A DNA stretch of 63,699 bases, filler included. It is 6 parts of 6 records of this genome, joined end to end, with 100 filler letters (N's around TTAATTAATTAA, not from the genome) between each part and the next. Parts side by side here need not be neighbours in the genome. Positions count along the whole stretch, not along the records: positions 13,988 to 22,237 come from DRR723986_5961; positions 22,338 to 48,593 come from DRR723986_5966; 4 more parts are not named here. One strand, given 5' to 3'. Made by a program: the position numbers and the translations under genes. Each line of letters begins with the position of its first letter. The first letter of the stretch is position 1. The notes below the pieces were generated by a model. It was not told the DNA's origin and made no database searches. It saw nothing but the letters and a program-made list of their open reading frames with translations. Below are positions 21,671 to 30,310 of this stretch, one piece after another.

Positions 21671-21748
21671 AGCGCTTTATCGGGCATTGAAAGGGCCGCG
21701 CCAAGGGCAGGGGATGGACATTTCACCGCCGTCCCGCGAAAAAGCAGC

Positions 21749-22237
21749 ATGGATATTCAAGACCTTGCCCAACGGGTCACCGCCGGCGAGCGCCGCGCCC
21801 TGGCCCGTGCAATCACATTGGTTGAATCGGCCCGCGACGATCACCGCGCGGCGGCCACCACGCTGCTTGCCGCGCTGCCGCAAGACCGCCAGGCACTGCG
21901 CATCGGCCTGTCCGGCACGCCGGGGGTGGGCAAATCCACCTTTATCGAGAGCTTTGGCATGATGCTCACCGCACAGGGCAAGCGCGTGGCGGTGCTGGCG
22001 GTTGATCCGTCGTCGTCGCGCTCTGGCGGGTCGATCTTGGGCGATAAAACCCGCATGGACCATCTCAGCCGTGATCCAAATGCCTTTATCCGCCCGTCCC
22101 CCAGCCAGACCCATCTGGGCGGCGTGGCCCGCCGGACCCGCGAGGCCGTGCGCCTGTGCGAGGCAGCCGGATTTGATGTTGTGTTGATTGAAACTGTCGG
22201 CGTTGGCCAATCCGAAACCGTGGTGGCGGAAATGTCC
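21749..22237 (+). CDS. meaB: Methylmalonyl-CoA mutase-associated GTPase MeaB (truncated)
   Basis: [45 protein letters not shown]. Confidence 0.94.
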
Positions 22238-22337
22238 NNNNNNNNNNNNNNNNNNNNNNNNNNNNNNNNNNNNNNNNNNNNTTAATTAATTAANNNNNNN
22301 NNNNNNNNNNNNNNNNNNNNNNNNNNNNNNNNNNNNN
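22238..22337. other. Artificial contig spacer
   Basis: N-run + TTAATTAATTAA + N-run. Confidence 0.98.
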
Positions 22338-22415
22338 GGGTGAATTCAAACGGGCAGGTTTTCTTGAAGGCGCAACGATTGAGACATCGCTGCCGATTAA
22401 GCGGTTTTCAGTGCG

Positions 22416-22470
22416 GAATCGGGTAACCCCGCCGAGTTAGGGAAAGAAACCGGCAATCCCGCTGAGTTGG
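22416..22470. repeat. Imperfect 25-bp tandem repeat with 30-bp period downstream of egtD
   Basis: GAATCGGGTAACCCCGCCGAGTTAG (22416) vs GAAACCGGCAATCCCGCTGAGTTGG (22446), 19/25 identical. Confidence 0.6.
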
Positions 22471-22489
22471 CGATACGAATTGTCAGCCT

Positions 22490-23470
22490 TCAAGCCTTTG
22501 CCCAAAAAACTGCAAACTTCTGTTCGGGGTCAGTGTAGGCCTTGCAGGCCACAAACCCGGCACGTTTCAGCAAATCCTCAAAGCCGGTCAGTGTCCACTT
22601 GTATGAATTTTCAGTGTGAATTCGCTCGCCTTCTACAAACTGGCGTTCACCACCTTCCCAGGTCACCACAACATCGCGCAGTGCTTCCAGGTGCATCTCA
22701 ATGCGGTTCAGTTCAGTGTTGTACAGACCGATGTGTTTCCAGTCTTCCAGTTGGAAGTTGGTGCCAGCCAGCGTGTTGAAGTGCAGCAGCATGTTGCGGT
22801 TAAATGCGGCGGTCACGCCCAAGGCGTCGTCGTAAGCTGCTTCAAGCACCGCTTTGCTTTTTACCAGGTCGACTCCAATCAACAGGCCGCCGCCAGCGGC
22901 TGAGCCACACACCGCGTGCACCTGTTTCAAAAACAGCAGTGCTTCTTCAGGTGTGAAGTTGCCGATGCTGGAGCCTGGGTAAAACATGATTCGCGGTTGC
23001 GAGGGGTTCAAGGCCAAGCCAGCGGGCAAGTTCAGTTCGCTGGAAAAATCGAGGCCTACCCCCGCCATTTCCAGTTCTGGAAATTGCCGTTGCAGGCATT
23101 CCAGCGAGCCTTTCAAAAAGTCCACGGAAATGTCCACGGCCACATAACGTGCCGGGTGAAACACATTGAAAAGTTTGGCTGCTTTTTCGCAATTGCCCGC
23201 CCCCAGGTCGATGAACACCGAGCCCTTGGGCACCTGCCTGCCCATGTCATGCCCGTGGCTTGCAAAAATCAGTGCTTCGGTGCGGGTGGGGTAGTACTCG
23301 GGTATGCAGGTAATGGCCTCGAACAGTTTGGAGCCCAATTCGTCATACAGGTACTTGGGCGAGGTATGTGCCTTGCTGGCACGCAGGCCACTGAGCAATT
23401 CTTCGCGAATATGTTCGGCCTGTCCCTGGTAAATCTGGATGAATTGTGGTGTCGGGTTCATGGGTTTCAT
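22490..23470 (-). CDS. egtD: L-histidine N-alpha-trimethyltransferase (hercynine synthesis)
   Basis: PKYLYDELGSKLFEAIT..EYYPTRTE, DLGAG, PGSSIGNF, AYDDALGVTAAFN, RIEMHL, IHTENSYK; retains the Met/Glu pair associated with histidine specificity. Confidence 0.93.
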   Translation of the reverse strand: MKPMNPTPQFIQIYQGQAEHIREELLSGLRASKAHTSPKYLYDELGSKLFEAITCIPEYYPTRTEALIFASHGHDMGRQVPKGSVFIDLGAGNCEKAAKLFNVFHPARYVAVDISVDFLKGSLECLQRQFPELEMAGVGLDFSSELNLPAGLALNPSQPRIMFYPGSSIGNFTPEEALLFLKQVHAVCGSAAGGGLLIGVDLVKSKAVLEAAYDDALGVTAAFNRNMLLHFNTLAGTNFQLEDWKHIGLYNTELNRIEMHLEALRDVVVTWEGGERQFVEGERIHTENSYKWTLTGFEDLLKRAGFVACKAYTDPEQKFAVFWAKA

Positions 23471-23483
23471 GGGTTCAACGAGA

Positions 23484-24302
23484 TCATCGGGTCATGGTCC
23501 GGCGCAAGTGGTAGCTCATGCTGTCCACAATTGCGACCAACAGCAACATGGCTGCCAAAATGGTGGCGGTTTTGCCCATCTGGAACAAGCCCATGTGGAA
23601 CGACAACAATTGCCCCAAACCGCCAGCACCCACCACGCCCAAGACTGCGGCGGCGCGGATGTTGTTTTCCCAGCGATACAGGGTGTAGCTCATGAGCTGG
23701 GGCAATACCTGTGGCAGGGTGGTGAAGTAAAACACCTTCAAATTGCCCACACCCTGCGTACGCAGCGCATCGGCAGGCTCAGGAGGCGCATTTTCAATGG
23801 ATTCAGCAAACAGCCTGCCCAGTACCCCTGTGGTGTGAAAAGCCAAGGCCAGTGTGCCGGCAAACGGTCCCAAGCCTGCGGAAATCAGCAGCAGCGCGGC
23901 CCACACCAGTTCAGGTATCGAGCGCAATGCATTCAGCACCCAGCGAGTAGGGGTTCGCATCAGGCCCTTGTCGTTGCTGTGCAATTTGCTGGCAGGTATG
24001 GCCAAAGCCAGCCCCGCCGCCGCTGCCAGGCCCGTGCCCAACAGTGACATGGCCAGCGTTTCAAGTGTGCCCCAGCCCACTTTGGTCAGGAATGCGGACT
24101 GCGTGTCCATCGGGAAAAACTCAGCGATGAATCGCCCCATGGATCGAAATGCTTCCATGGACAAAAACTCGCCCCATTTCAAATTCAGTGTCCAGAAGCT
24201 CGCGATGACCAAAGCCAACAAGCCAAGCAGCAGTGCGGCGGTGCCGCCTTTCATCACAGGCAGTGCTTTGGTGGGGCAGATTGCATTTGGCAAATTACTC
24301 AT
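23484..24302 (-). CDS. PhnE/PtxC-family ABC permease (second copy)
   Basis: LRSIPELVWA, GVLGRLFAESIE, YRWENNIRAAAVLGVVGAGGLG. Confidence 0.9.
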   Translation of the reverse strand: MSNLPNAICPTKALPVMKGGTAALLLGLLALVIASFWTLNLKWGEFLSMEAFRSMGRFIAEFFPMDTQSAFLTKVGWGTLETLAMSLLGTGLAAAAGLALAIPASKLHSNDKGLMRTPTRWVLNALRSIPELVWAALLLISAGLGPFAGTLALAFHTTGVLGRLFAESIENAPPEPADALRTQGVGNLKVFYFTTLPQVLPQLMSYTLYRWENNIRAAAVLGVVGAGGLGQLLSFHMGLFQMGKTATILAAMLLLVAIVDSMSYHLRRTMTR

Positions 24303-25159
24303 AGCAGTCGCTTCCTGAAAAACGCGCTGACTGCATCGGCCAAAGCCACCAACAAGATGAAAACGATCAACATGGTTGATACTTCACCCCCGTTGAACAT
24401 TTTCATCGAGTTGTCGAGCTCTTGCCCCAGCCCGCCTGCACCTACAAAGCCCAGTACGACCGAGGATCGAATTGCGCATTCCCAGCGGTACACCGTGTAG
24501 GACGTCAACTCCATCACGTTCTGGGGCAACAGCCCGTAAAAGAAAGCCTGTAAACGGCCAGAGCCGTTTCTCAGCAATGTCTCTGTCGGGGTGGTCTCCC
24601 CACTTTCCAGAATTTCACCATAGACTTTGCCCAACATACCGCCGTACGTGAGTGCAATCGCCAGCACGCCAGCGGTGGGGCCAAGACCCACTACGCGAAC
24701 AAATACCAATGCCCACACCAGCTCGGGAATGCTTCGGAGCACAATCAAGGTCCAGCGGATGGTTTGCCGTATCGCGAAGGGCAGTGCAGCCATTTTCCCC
24801 GAGATGGCGGATACCGACAAAACCCGCGTGGACAAAATGGTGAGCGGAAAGGCGATGACGAGCGCCAGCACCATACCCGCTGTGGCAATCGCCACTGTTT
24901 TCCAGGTTTCACGCAGAATTCTGGCGAGCAGATCGGGTTCGAGTACCGGTGGGAAAAAGCTGCCAATAAACTCGGCGCTGATTCTCATGTTTTCGGCTTC
25001 AAACAAAACCGAAGGCCGAAATTCGGTGGCCTCGGTCAGCGGCCACAACAGCAGGACTGTAAAAATGATCCAGAACAGCCGTTGATGCCAGGCCGGGTCG
25101 CGTACCGGCACATCAAACCGTGGGTTATGTACTGGTAAATGCAGGCTGTTCATCGGCAA
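24299..25159 (-). CDS. PhnE/PtxC-family ABC permease (first copy)
   Basis: LRSIPELVWA, GMLGKVYGEILE, YRWECAIRSSVVLGFVGAGGLG; ATGA overlap with the next gene. Confidence 0.9.
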   Translation of the reverse strand: MPMNSLHLPVHNPRFDVPVRDPAWHQRLFWIIFTVLLLWPLTEATEFRPSVLFEAENMRISAEFIGSFFPPVLEPDLLARILRETWKTVAIATAGMVLALVIAFPLTILSTRVLSVSAISGKMAALPFAIRQTIRWTLIVLRSIPELVWALVFVRVVGLGPTAGVLAIALTYGGMLGKVYGEILESGETTPTETLLRNGSGRLQAFFYGLLPQNVMELTSYTVYRWECAIRSSVVLGFVGAGGLGQELDNSMKMFNGGEVSTMLIVFILLVALADAVSAFFRKRLL

Positions 25160-25992
25160 TTGTTGACCACAACTGCGGGCGTTACACGCTCGAATTGTTT
25201 CTCGATCAATTCACGGTCTTGCTGACCCAGAAGCTCATGCTCATATTGAGAGTAGAGTGATTTCAGCATCGCTGGGGTTACTTGATCGGTGGGCAAATCA
25301 AATTCGATTTGGCCATGGCGCAGGCCCACAATGCGATTGAAGAATGCCAAAGCCATGTCCACCTGGTGCAAGGTGCACACCAAGGTAATGCCGTTTTCGC
25401 GTGCAGTCTCTGTGAGTGCCGACATGGCCAGCCGAGCCCGAGTGGGGTCAAGTGCTGACAAGGGTTCGTCCACAAGCCACAGTTTGGCAGGGGAGACGAA
25501 CAGGCGGGCCAAACCAACCCTTTGGCGTTCACCACCCGAAAGCCGGTCAACGCGTTCAAAAATTTTCTCGGGCAAATCAAGCTTGCTCAGCGCGTGGTGC
25601 GCAGCCGGAATATCAACCGGATAGAACAACGATTTGATGCTTTGCGCGAGGTTCATGGCCGGCAAACGCCCGGCCAAAACTGAAGTGATCACGCGTTGCC
25701 GTGGTGGCAGTGGCGGAACCTGGGGCGCAACAATCAATTGACCGCGCAGCTTTTGCAAATTGCGCTTGCTTAAGGCCCAGGGATTTTGGTCGTTTAAGTT
25801 GACCTTGCCATTCAACGGTTTGAGGGTGCATGAGAGCACCTGAAGCAGCGTGGTCTTGCCTGCGCCTGAGGGCCCGATCAATGCGATTTGTTCTCCGCTG
25901 TCCACTTGCAGCGACATTTTCTTGATCGCCGGTGTGCTGCTGGAGGGTGCCGAGGGATGGCAGGCATCAATGTCCTGAATTTGAAGCTTCAC
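25150..25992 (-). CDS. PhnC-like ABC transporter ATP-binding protein
   Basis: GPSGAGKTT, LSGGERQRV, LVDEP.SALDP, LHQV. Confidence 0.92.
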   Translation of the reverse strand: MKLQIQDIDACHPSAPSSSTPAIKKMSLQVDSGEQIALIGPSGAGKTTLLQVLSCTLKPLNGKVNLNDQNPWALSKRNLQKLRGQLIVAPQVPPLPPRQRVITSVLAGRLPAMNLAQSIKSLFYPVDIPAAHHALSKLDLPEKIFERVDRLSGGERQRVGLARLFVSPAKLWLVDEPLSALDPTRARLAMSALTETARENGITLVCTLHQVDMALAFFNRIVGLRHGQIEFDLPTDQVTPAMLKSLYSQYEHELLGQQDRELIEKQFERVTPAVVVNNCR

Positions 25993-26051
25993 TGCGCTGC
26001 GTTCCCCATATTACTGCGAGGGCCCAGTGCGGGCCCCCTTCTACTCTTTGA

Positions 26052-26927
26052 TTATAACAAGCCAGCGCTGCGAGCGGCGCTTTCCAAACCTTTGTAGTTT
26101 TCAGGCTTGGTATCGACATACCGTGTAGCACGGTTCAACTTCAGGATTTCAGCATGCTCAGGCACTGCCGGGTCCAGGTCAAACAGGGCTTTCTGGATTT
26201 TCTTGCGCAAATCGGCTGGCATGTCCTGATGCACTGTCCAGTTGTAGTTGTAGTAGGGTGGTGTGGTGTAAAACACGTCTACCGCCTTGGTGTCGACCTT
26301 GTTTTCGTTGACAAACTTTTTCCACACTGTGATGTCCAGCGCAGCTGCATCCACTTTGCCGCTGACCACTGAGGCGATCGTGGCATCGTGTGCACCAGAG
26401 TAAGCTACACGCTTGAATGCCTTCTCGGGCTCCAGGCCTGCTTCAAGCAGGAAGCTGCGTGGCATGAGGTGGCCGGAGGTGCTGCTTTGTGATCCGAATG
26501 ACACCTGTTTGCCCTTCATGTCTTGCAGGGTTTTGATGCCCGAGTCGGTTTTGGCAATGAATACAGACTGAAACTTCGTGTCTTCGACGCGTTGGGCAAT
26601 GGGGATCACCTTGCCGTTGGAGCGCAAGTTGGCTTGCACATGAGTAAAGCCACCGAACCAGACGAGATCCACTTTCTTGTTCACCAAGGCTTCAACTGCG
26701 GCGGGGTAGTCGCTGACAGGCGTGAATTCAACTTTCATGCCCACGGCTTTGGACAAATAGGCAGCCAGCGGTTCGAACTTGCGAATTTGTTCTGTGGCAG
26801 CCTCTTCAGGAATGGTGGTGACTTTCAACACCTGTTCTGCGTGAACAGACACCGAAAAACCGGCAGCCAGCGCAAGGGCGGCCACAGAGAATAGACGGCG
26901 TGACATGGATAATGCTGAACTTTTCAT
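26052..26927 (-). CDS. PhnD-fold substrate-binding protein of the 'putative selenate ABC transporter' (TIGR04553-like) type
   Basis: Signal peptide; WFGGFTHVQA, AQRVED.KFQSVFIA, FGSQSSTSGHLMPR, SGAHDAT, TPPYYNYNW; subfamily assignment by recognition. Confidence 0.78.
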   Translation of the reverse strand: MKSSALSMSRRLFSVAALALAAGFSVSVHAEQVLKVTTIPEEAATEQIRKFEPLAAYLSKAVGMKVEFTPVSDYPAAVEALVNKKVDLVWFGGFTHVQANLRSNGKVIPIAQRVEDTKFQSVFIAKTDSGIKTLQDMKGKQVSFGSQSSTSGHLMPRSFLLEAGLEPEKAFKRVAYSGAHDATIASVVSGKVDAAALDITVWKKFVNENKVDTKAVDVFYTTPPYYNYNWTVHQDMPADLRKKIQKALFDLDPAVPEHAEILKLNRATRYVDTKPENYKGLESAARSAGLL

Positions 26928-27048
26928 GAGTACCTCGTTGTATAGAACGATTGGAAATAGCCCGGAAATTGATAATCGCACAAACAATTGGGCTTTTAAC
27001 CGTAAAATGTTGATACGACTGTTTTTTTAACGTTTAGTCCTTTAACCC

Positions 27049-27645
27049 TTAGCTGCCTAACTTGCCTGCAGCCTGAACCTCAGCGGCCTGCTCTTCCCCT
27101 GTTTTGTAATGGGGTACGCGAATCACCAAACGCTTGGCGCGTTGAATGAAGCTGTTGTTGCCTTTCACCTCCTGCTCCCAGTAATCGTCGGCCAGCGCAA
27201 TGTTCTTATCCATTTCCAGTTCGAAGGCTGCCTGAGACACGGCCCCGCCGAAAATATACAGTTTGTCGTTCACCACGCGGAAATCGCCAGCATTGCCTCC
27301 CCACGGAATGCCGAACATGATGCCGTTGGCACAATAGCCGCCATACTGCGGAATGTATTTGGTGGGTTCTGCATCAAACAGGGCCTTGTGTTCAGCGCTT
27401 GAAAAGTGAAAGTCGACTTCCTGATAGGTGCTGCTGAATTCAGGTTTGCCCTGCACATAAGCGTTTTGCGTGAAATACGCCACGACATCCGCGCCAAACA
27501 ACATCAGGCGATCCGCGCCTTCCATTTCAGCTGCATTCACGGGTGTCAATTCGCTGGCCGGGTTTTGGGCAGTCATCGCGCTGCAGCCGCTCAGGCCCAG
27601 CACCAGGCCTGTAGCAATCAGAAACTTTTGGGTGCGTGTAATCAT
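27049..27645 (-). CDS. YHS domain-containing (seleno)protein family lipoprotein, Cys form
   Basis: Lipobox LGLSGC; GADVVAYF, FHFSSAEHKALFDAEPTKYIPQYGGYCANG; ATG overlaps the upstream TGA; AGGAGA RBS. Confidence 0.85.
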   Translation of the reverse strand: MITRTQKFLIATGLVLGLSGCSAMTAQNPASELTPVNAAEMEGADRLMLFGADVVAYFTQNAYVQGKPEFSSTYQEVDFHFSSAEHKALFDAEPTKYIPQYGGYCANGIMFGIPWGGNAGDFRVVNDKLYIFGGAVSQAAFELEMDKNIALADDYWEQEVKGNNSFIQRAKRLVIRVPHYKTGEEQAAEVQAAGKLGS

Positions 27646-29000
27646 CAAAATACTTCTCCTGTGCGTGGTTGAATCAAGTCGGTGAACTGACCTGTTTCAC
27701 AGAAAACAGTTCCGGCAGGGTCTTCGAGATAGGGTGCCGGCCAGCCCAGCAAGGTACTGGCCTGTTCGCAGCGGTCACGAAGATCGCGCGCGTTGTCACC
27801 GCCCAGGTGGACGATACCGTAGCGATAACTGCGCAGCCATTTGAAGTCCCTGTGCAGTTCTTTGGCGTCTTTGGGATATTCGAACAGCAAAGCATCCGGG
27901 AAGGCTTTTCGGAAGGCGGCTTTTCGCGCAAAGCTGGGAAACGGCACCGTGGCTTTCGGGTCGAATGACCGGTAGACAAAGCTTGCAGTGGCCCCAGCGG
28001 TGGGCACCTTGCGTGGCAGGGTGGCTGGGTCCACGCCATGCGCCAGGGCAAACGCGATCTCATGCAAATCGATGCCGTCCACACGCAAATACAAGTCAGA
28101 AAACTGAGAAGCCATACGTGGGTTGAATTCAATTACCGTGATTTTGTCGGTGGCCTGATCATGAAAAAATTCCATGTTGAACAGGCCGTGATCAAAACCA
28201 ACTGCATTCAGAAAACGTCGGGCAACATCGGCTGCACGAGCCTGCACATCGGTGCCTAACTTGCTGGGGTATTCAAAGCGCATGAAAGCGTCGGTGTTCG
28301 GGTACATGATTTCATCAACCACACCCAAGGGTCGAACCTCACCCTGCCACACGTAACCATCCAGGTTGTATTGCCGCCCGCGCATCGGCGCCTCCAACAT
28401 CATGCTGTGCGCAGTGCCTGCTTCGGGAAGGCGTTTTTTTGCAACCCGTTCGAAAGGTTCCACCAGGTGCTTGATCACCCAGAGTTCCCAGGGGCCAAAG
28501 CGTGTGTGGTCGTGAAGTTCCTGGGCACTTTTAACTTGTCGTGACAGCACCGAGAATGCGGCCTTCACGGGTTTCACAAATTGCGGGTATTCAATGCCTT
28601 GCGGCACTGGGCCGCCATAGGCCGCGTTCAAGCGCGCAAAAGGCAGGTTCGCTTCGGGTGCAACTTGTTGTAAGACCTCGCGGGCATGTAATTTGTGTTG
28701 ACAGGCCAGAATCGCATTCACAGGTGTGCCGGGCCAGCCCATTTTCTCGGCCAGAAGGGCAGCGCACAGCGCACCGAACTGCTCATGGCTGGATGCCACG
28801 GCTTTGGCGCCGTGCAATTTCGCCAGTAACGCGGCTTTGGCCACAAAGCGTTCCGTGTCAAACCAGGCGAGGCGCGCATTGCTCGGGAACGTGAACAAGT
28901 CGAAACCCGAAACCACACTGGGCCATTGCTTGCGAAGCCGGTCGGCCCCCAAGGCATCCCAGTCGTAGTTGAACAGCAGCAGCGTTTTAGGATGAGGCAT
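27645..29000 (-). CDS. ATP-grasp domain ligase of unknown substrate
   Basis: QHKLHAR, YPQFVKPVKAAFS, LEAPMRG..YNLDG, HGLFNMEFF, IEFNPRM (ExNxR). Confidence 0.87.
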   Translation of the reverse strand: MPHPKTLLLFNYDWDALGADRLRKQWPSVVSGFDLFTFPSNARLAWFDTERFVAKAALLAKLHGAKAVASSHEQFGALCAALLAEKMGWPGTPVNAILACQHKLHAREVLQQVAPEANLPFARLNAAYGGPVPQGIEYPQFVKPVKAAFSVLSRQVKSAQELHDHTRFGPWELWVIKHLVEPFERVAKKRLPEAGTAHSMMLEAPMRGRQYNLDGYVWQGEVRPLGVVDEIMYPNTDAFMRFEYPSKLGTDVQARAADVARRFLNAVGFDHGLFNMEFFHDQATDKITVIEFNPRMASQFSDLYLRVDGIDLHEIAFALAHGVDPATLPRKVPTAGATASFVYRSFDPKATVPFPSFARKAAFRKAFPDALLFEYPKDAKELHRDFKWLRSYRYGIVHLGGDNARDLRDRCEQASTLLGWPAPYLEDPAGTVFCETGQFTDLIQPRTGEVF

Positions 29001-29017
29001 GAAAAGGCGAATCAGGA

Positions 29018-29824
29018 TTAGCGTGGAATGTCGTTGAGCGACCAGTCGTACTCTGTATACGCAAGCGGCAGTGATTTGGATGCGATTTTATCGACTATTT
29101 CTGGTGTGGGCCCCATGTCTTTGGCCCATTTTGCAAATACATCCTTCACTTCTTTGAAACCCTGGTGACCCTTTTCAAAGTCTTCAGCGAACCATTTGAA
29201 AATTGGGCTGACCTGCAATTCGCCGTTCTTGACACGGTTGCGGCTCGGGTCACTTAAAAACCTGCGCATGCCATCGTCCAACTGGGCATTCAGTTTTGTG
29301 GCGGTGAAGGCTTCGTTGCGCAAGGCCGGGCAGCCAATGCTGGCACAGTTCACTGCGGCATGAACCCGTGGCTCTTTGTACTTGGGGCGAAGTTGTTCGT
29401 GTTCAATCCAGTCGAGGTGATGCTTCTCACCCAACAGAGTAAAAAATTCCTGTTTCCAGGGGCTGCTGAACACGCCACCAATTTCCTTGATGGATGTGAT
29501 TTTTGGATACTTGGTCAAAATCAATTCAATGGTAAATCCATTGTAGGCGTTGATTAAAAATGCCATTTGCTGATTTCTGGAGAACCCGTTGAACTCGGCC
29601 TGGCTAACCGAGGACCAATCATTCAACACTGTTTTCAATGCCTGCCGGTCTTTTTGAAAGCCAGCGTAATCCACAGCGGTTTGTTTGTTGTCGGGTAACC
29701 ACTTCACATGCTTGGCCAGCAAGCTGTTCCATGTCGTGTAGTTGTGATCAAACTCGGAAGCGAAGCTGGTGCCGCTGACCAACAAGGCCAAAGTCAGCAT
29801 CAGTGTTTTGACAAATTTAAGCAT
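29018..29824 (-). CDS. DUF547 domain secreted protein
   Basis: Signal peptide from ATG at 29824; AFLINAYN, LDWIEH..LR, EPRVHAAVNCASIGCP, SPIFKWF, YDWSLN. Confidence 0.9.
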   Translation of the reverse strand: MLKFVKTLMLTLALLVSGTSFASEFDHNYTTWNSLLAKHVKWLPDNKQTAVDYAGFQKDRQALKTVLNDWSSVSQAEFNGFSRNQQMAFLINAYNGFTIELILTKYPKITSIKEIGGVFSSPWKQEFFTLLGEKHHLDWIEHEQLRPKYKEPRVHAAVNCASIGCPALRNEAFTATKLNAQLDDGMRRFLSDPSRNRVKNGELQVSPIFKWFAEDFEKGHQGFKEVKDVFAKWAKDMGPTPEIVDKIASKSLPLAYTEYDWSLNDIPR

Positions 29825-29945
29825 GACGGATGAAGCAATAGGTAATTTGGAGTTGCATGTATTGAGCGTATTCGCTCGGTAAGGCAATTTGGTTACACTA
29901 CCGCAGATTAATCGCCTCAGTTTCGCCAAATCATCTGGAGTTGCC

Positions 29946-30293
29946 ATGCATGCTGTTCCGGTCACCATAGCCATGCTGTTGATCAGCAATATTTTCATGA
30001 CCTTTGCATGGTACGCCCATTTGAAAGACATGAGCCAGAAGCCCTGGATTATTGCGGCTTTGGTCAGTTGGGGCATTGCCCTGTTTGAATACCTGTTTCA
30101 GGTGCCTGCAAACCGGATCGGATACACCGTATTGTCGGTGGGGCAGTTAAAGGTGATGCAGGAAATCATCACGCTGACCGTGTTTGTACCGTTTGCGGTT
30201 TTCTATATGAAAGAGCCGTTGAAACTGGATTATTTGTGGGCTGGATTGTGCCTGGTGGGTGCGGCTTACTTTATTTTCAGAGACAAGCTTTAG
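29946..30293 (+). CDS. DMT family small membrane protein (DUF486-like)
   Basis: SNIFMTFAWYAHL, SWGIALFEY.FQVPANRIG, QLKVMQEIITL; GGAG RBS. Confidence 0.9.
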   Translation: MHAVPVTIAMLLISNIFMTFAWYAHLKDMSQKPWIIAALVSWGIALFEYLFQVPANRIGYTVLSVGQLKVMQEIITLTVFVPFAVFYMKEPLKLDYLWAGLCLVGAAYFIFRDKL

Positions 30294-30310
30294 CAGTGAC
30301 CGCGCTTTGC

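Noticed and set aside
23484-26927. Calling the ABC system phnCDE for phosphonate use
   Set aside because: No C-P lyase, phnX or ptxD genes nearby and no Pho box noticed; the binding-protein motifs and egtD linkage fit the selenium-associated subfamily better. The substrate remains unproven.
27049-27645. Selenocysteine in the YHS protein
   Set aside because: The GGYC cysteine is encoded by TGT and the ORF has no in-frame TGA.
29825-30076. N-terminal extension of DUF547 in the ORF track (start 30076)
   Set aside because: It overlaps the divergent DMT gene; a signal peptide begins at ATG 29824.
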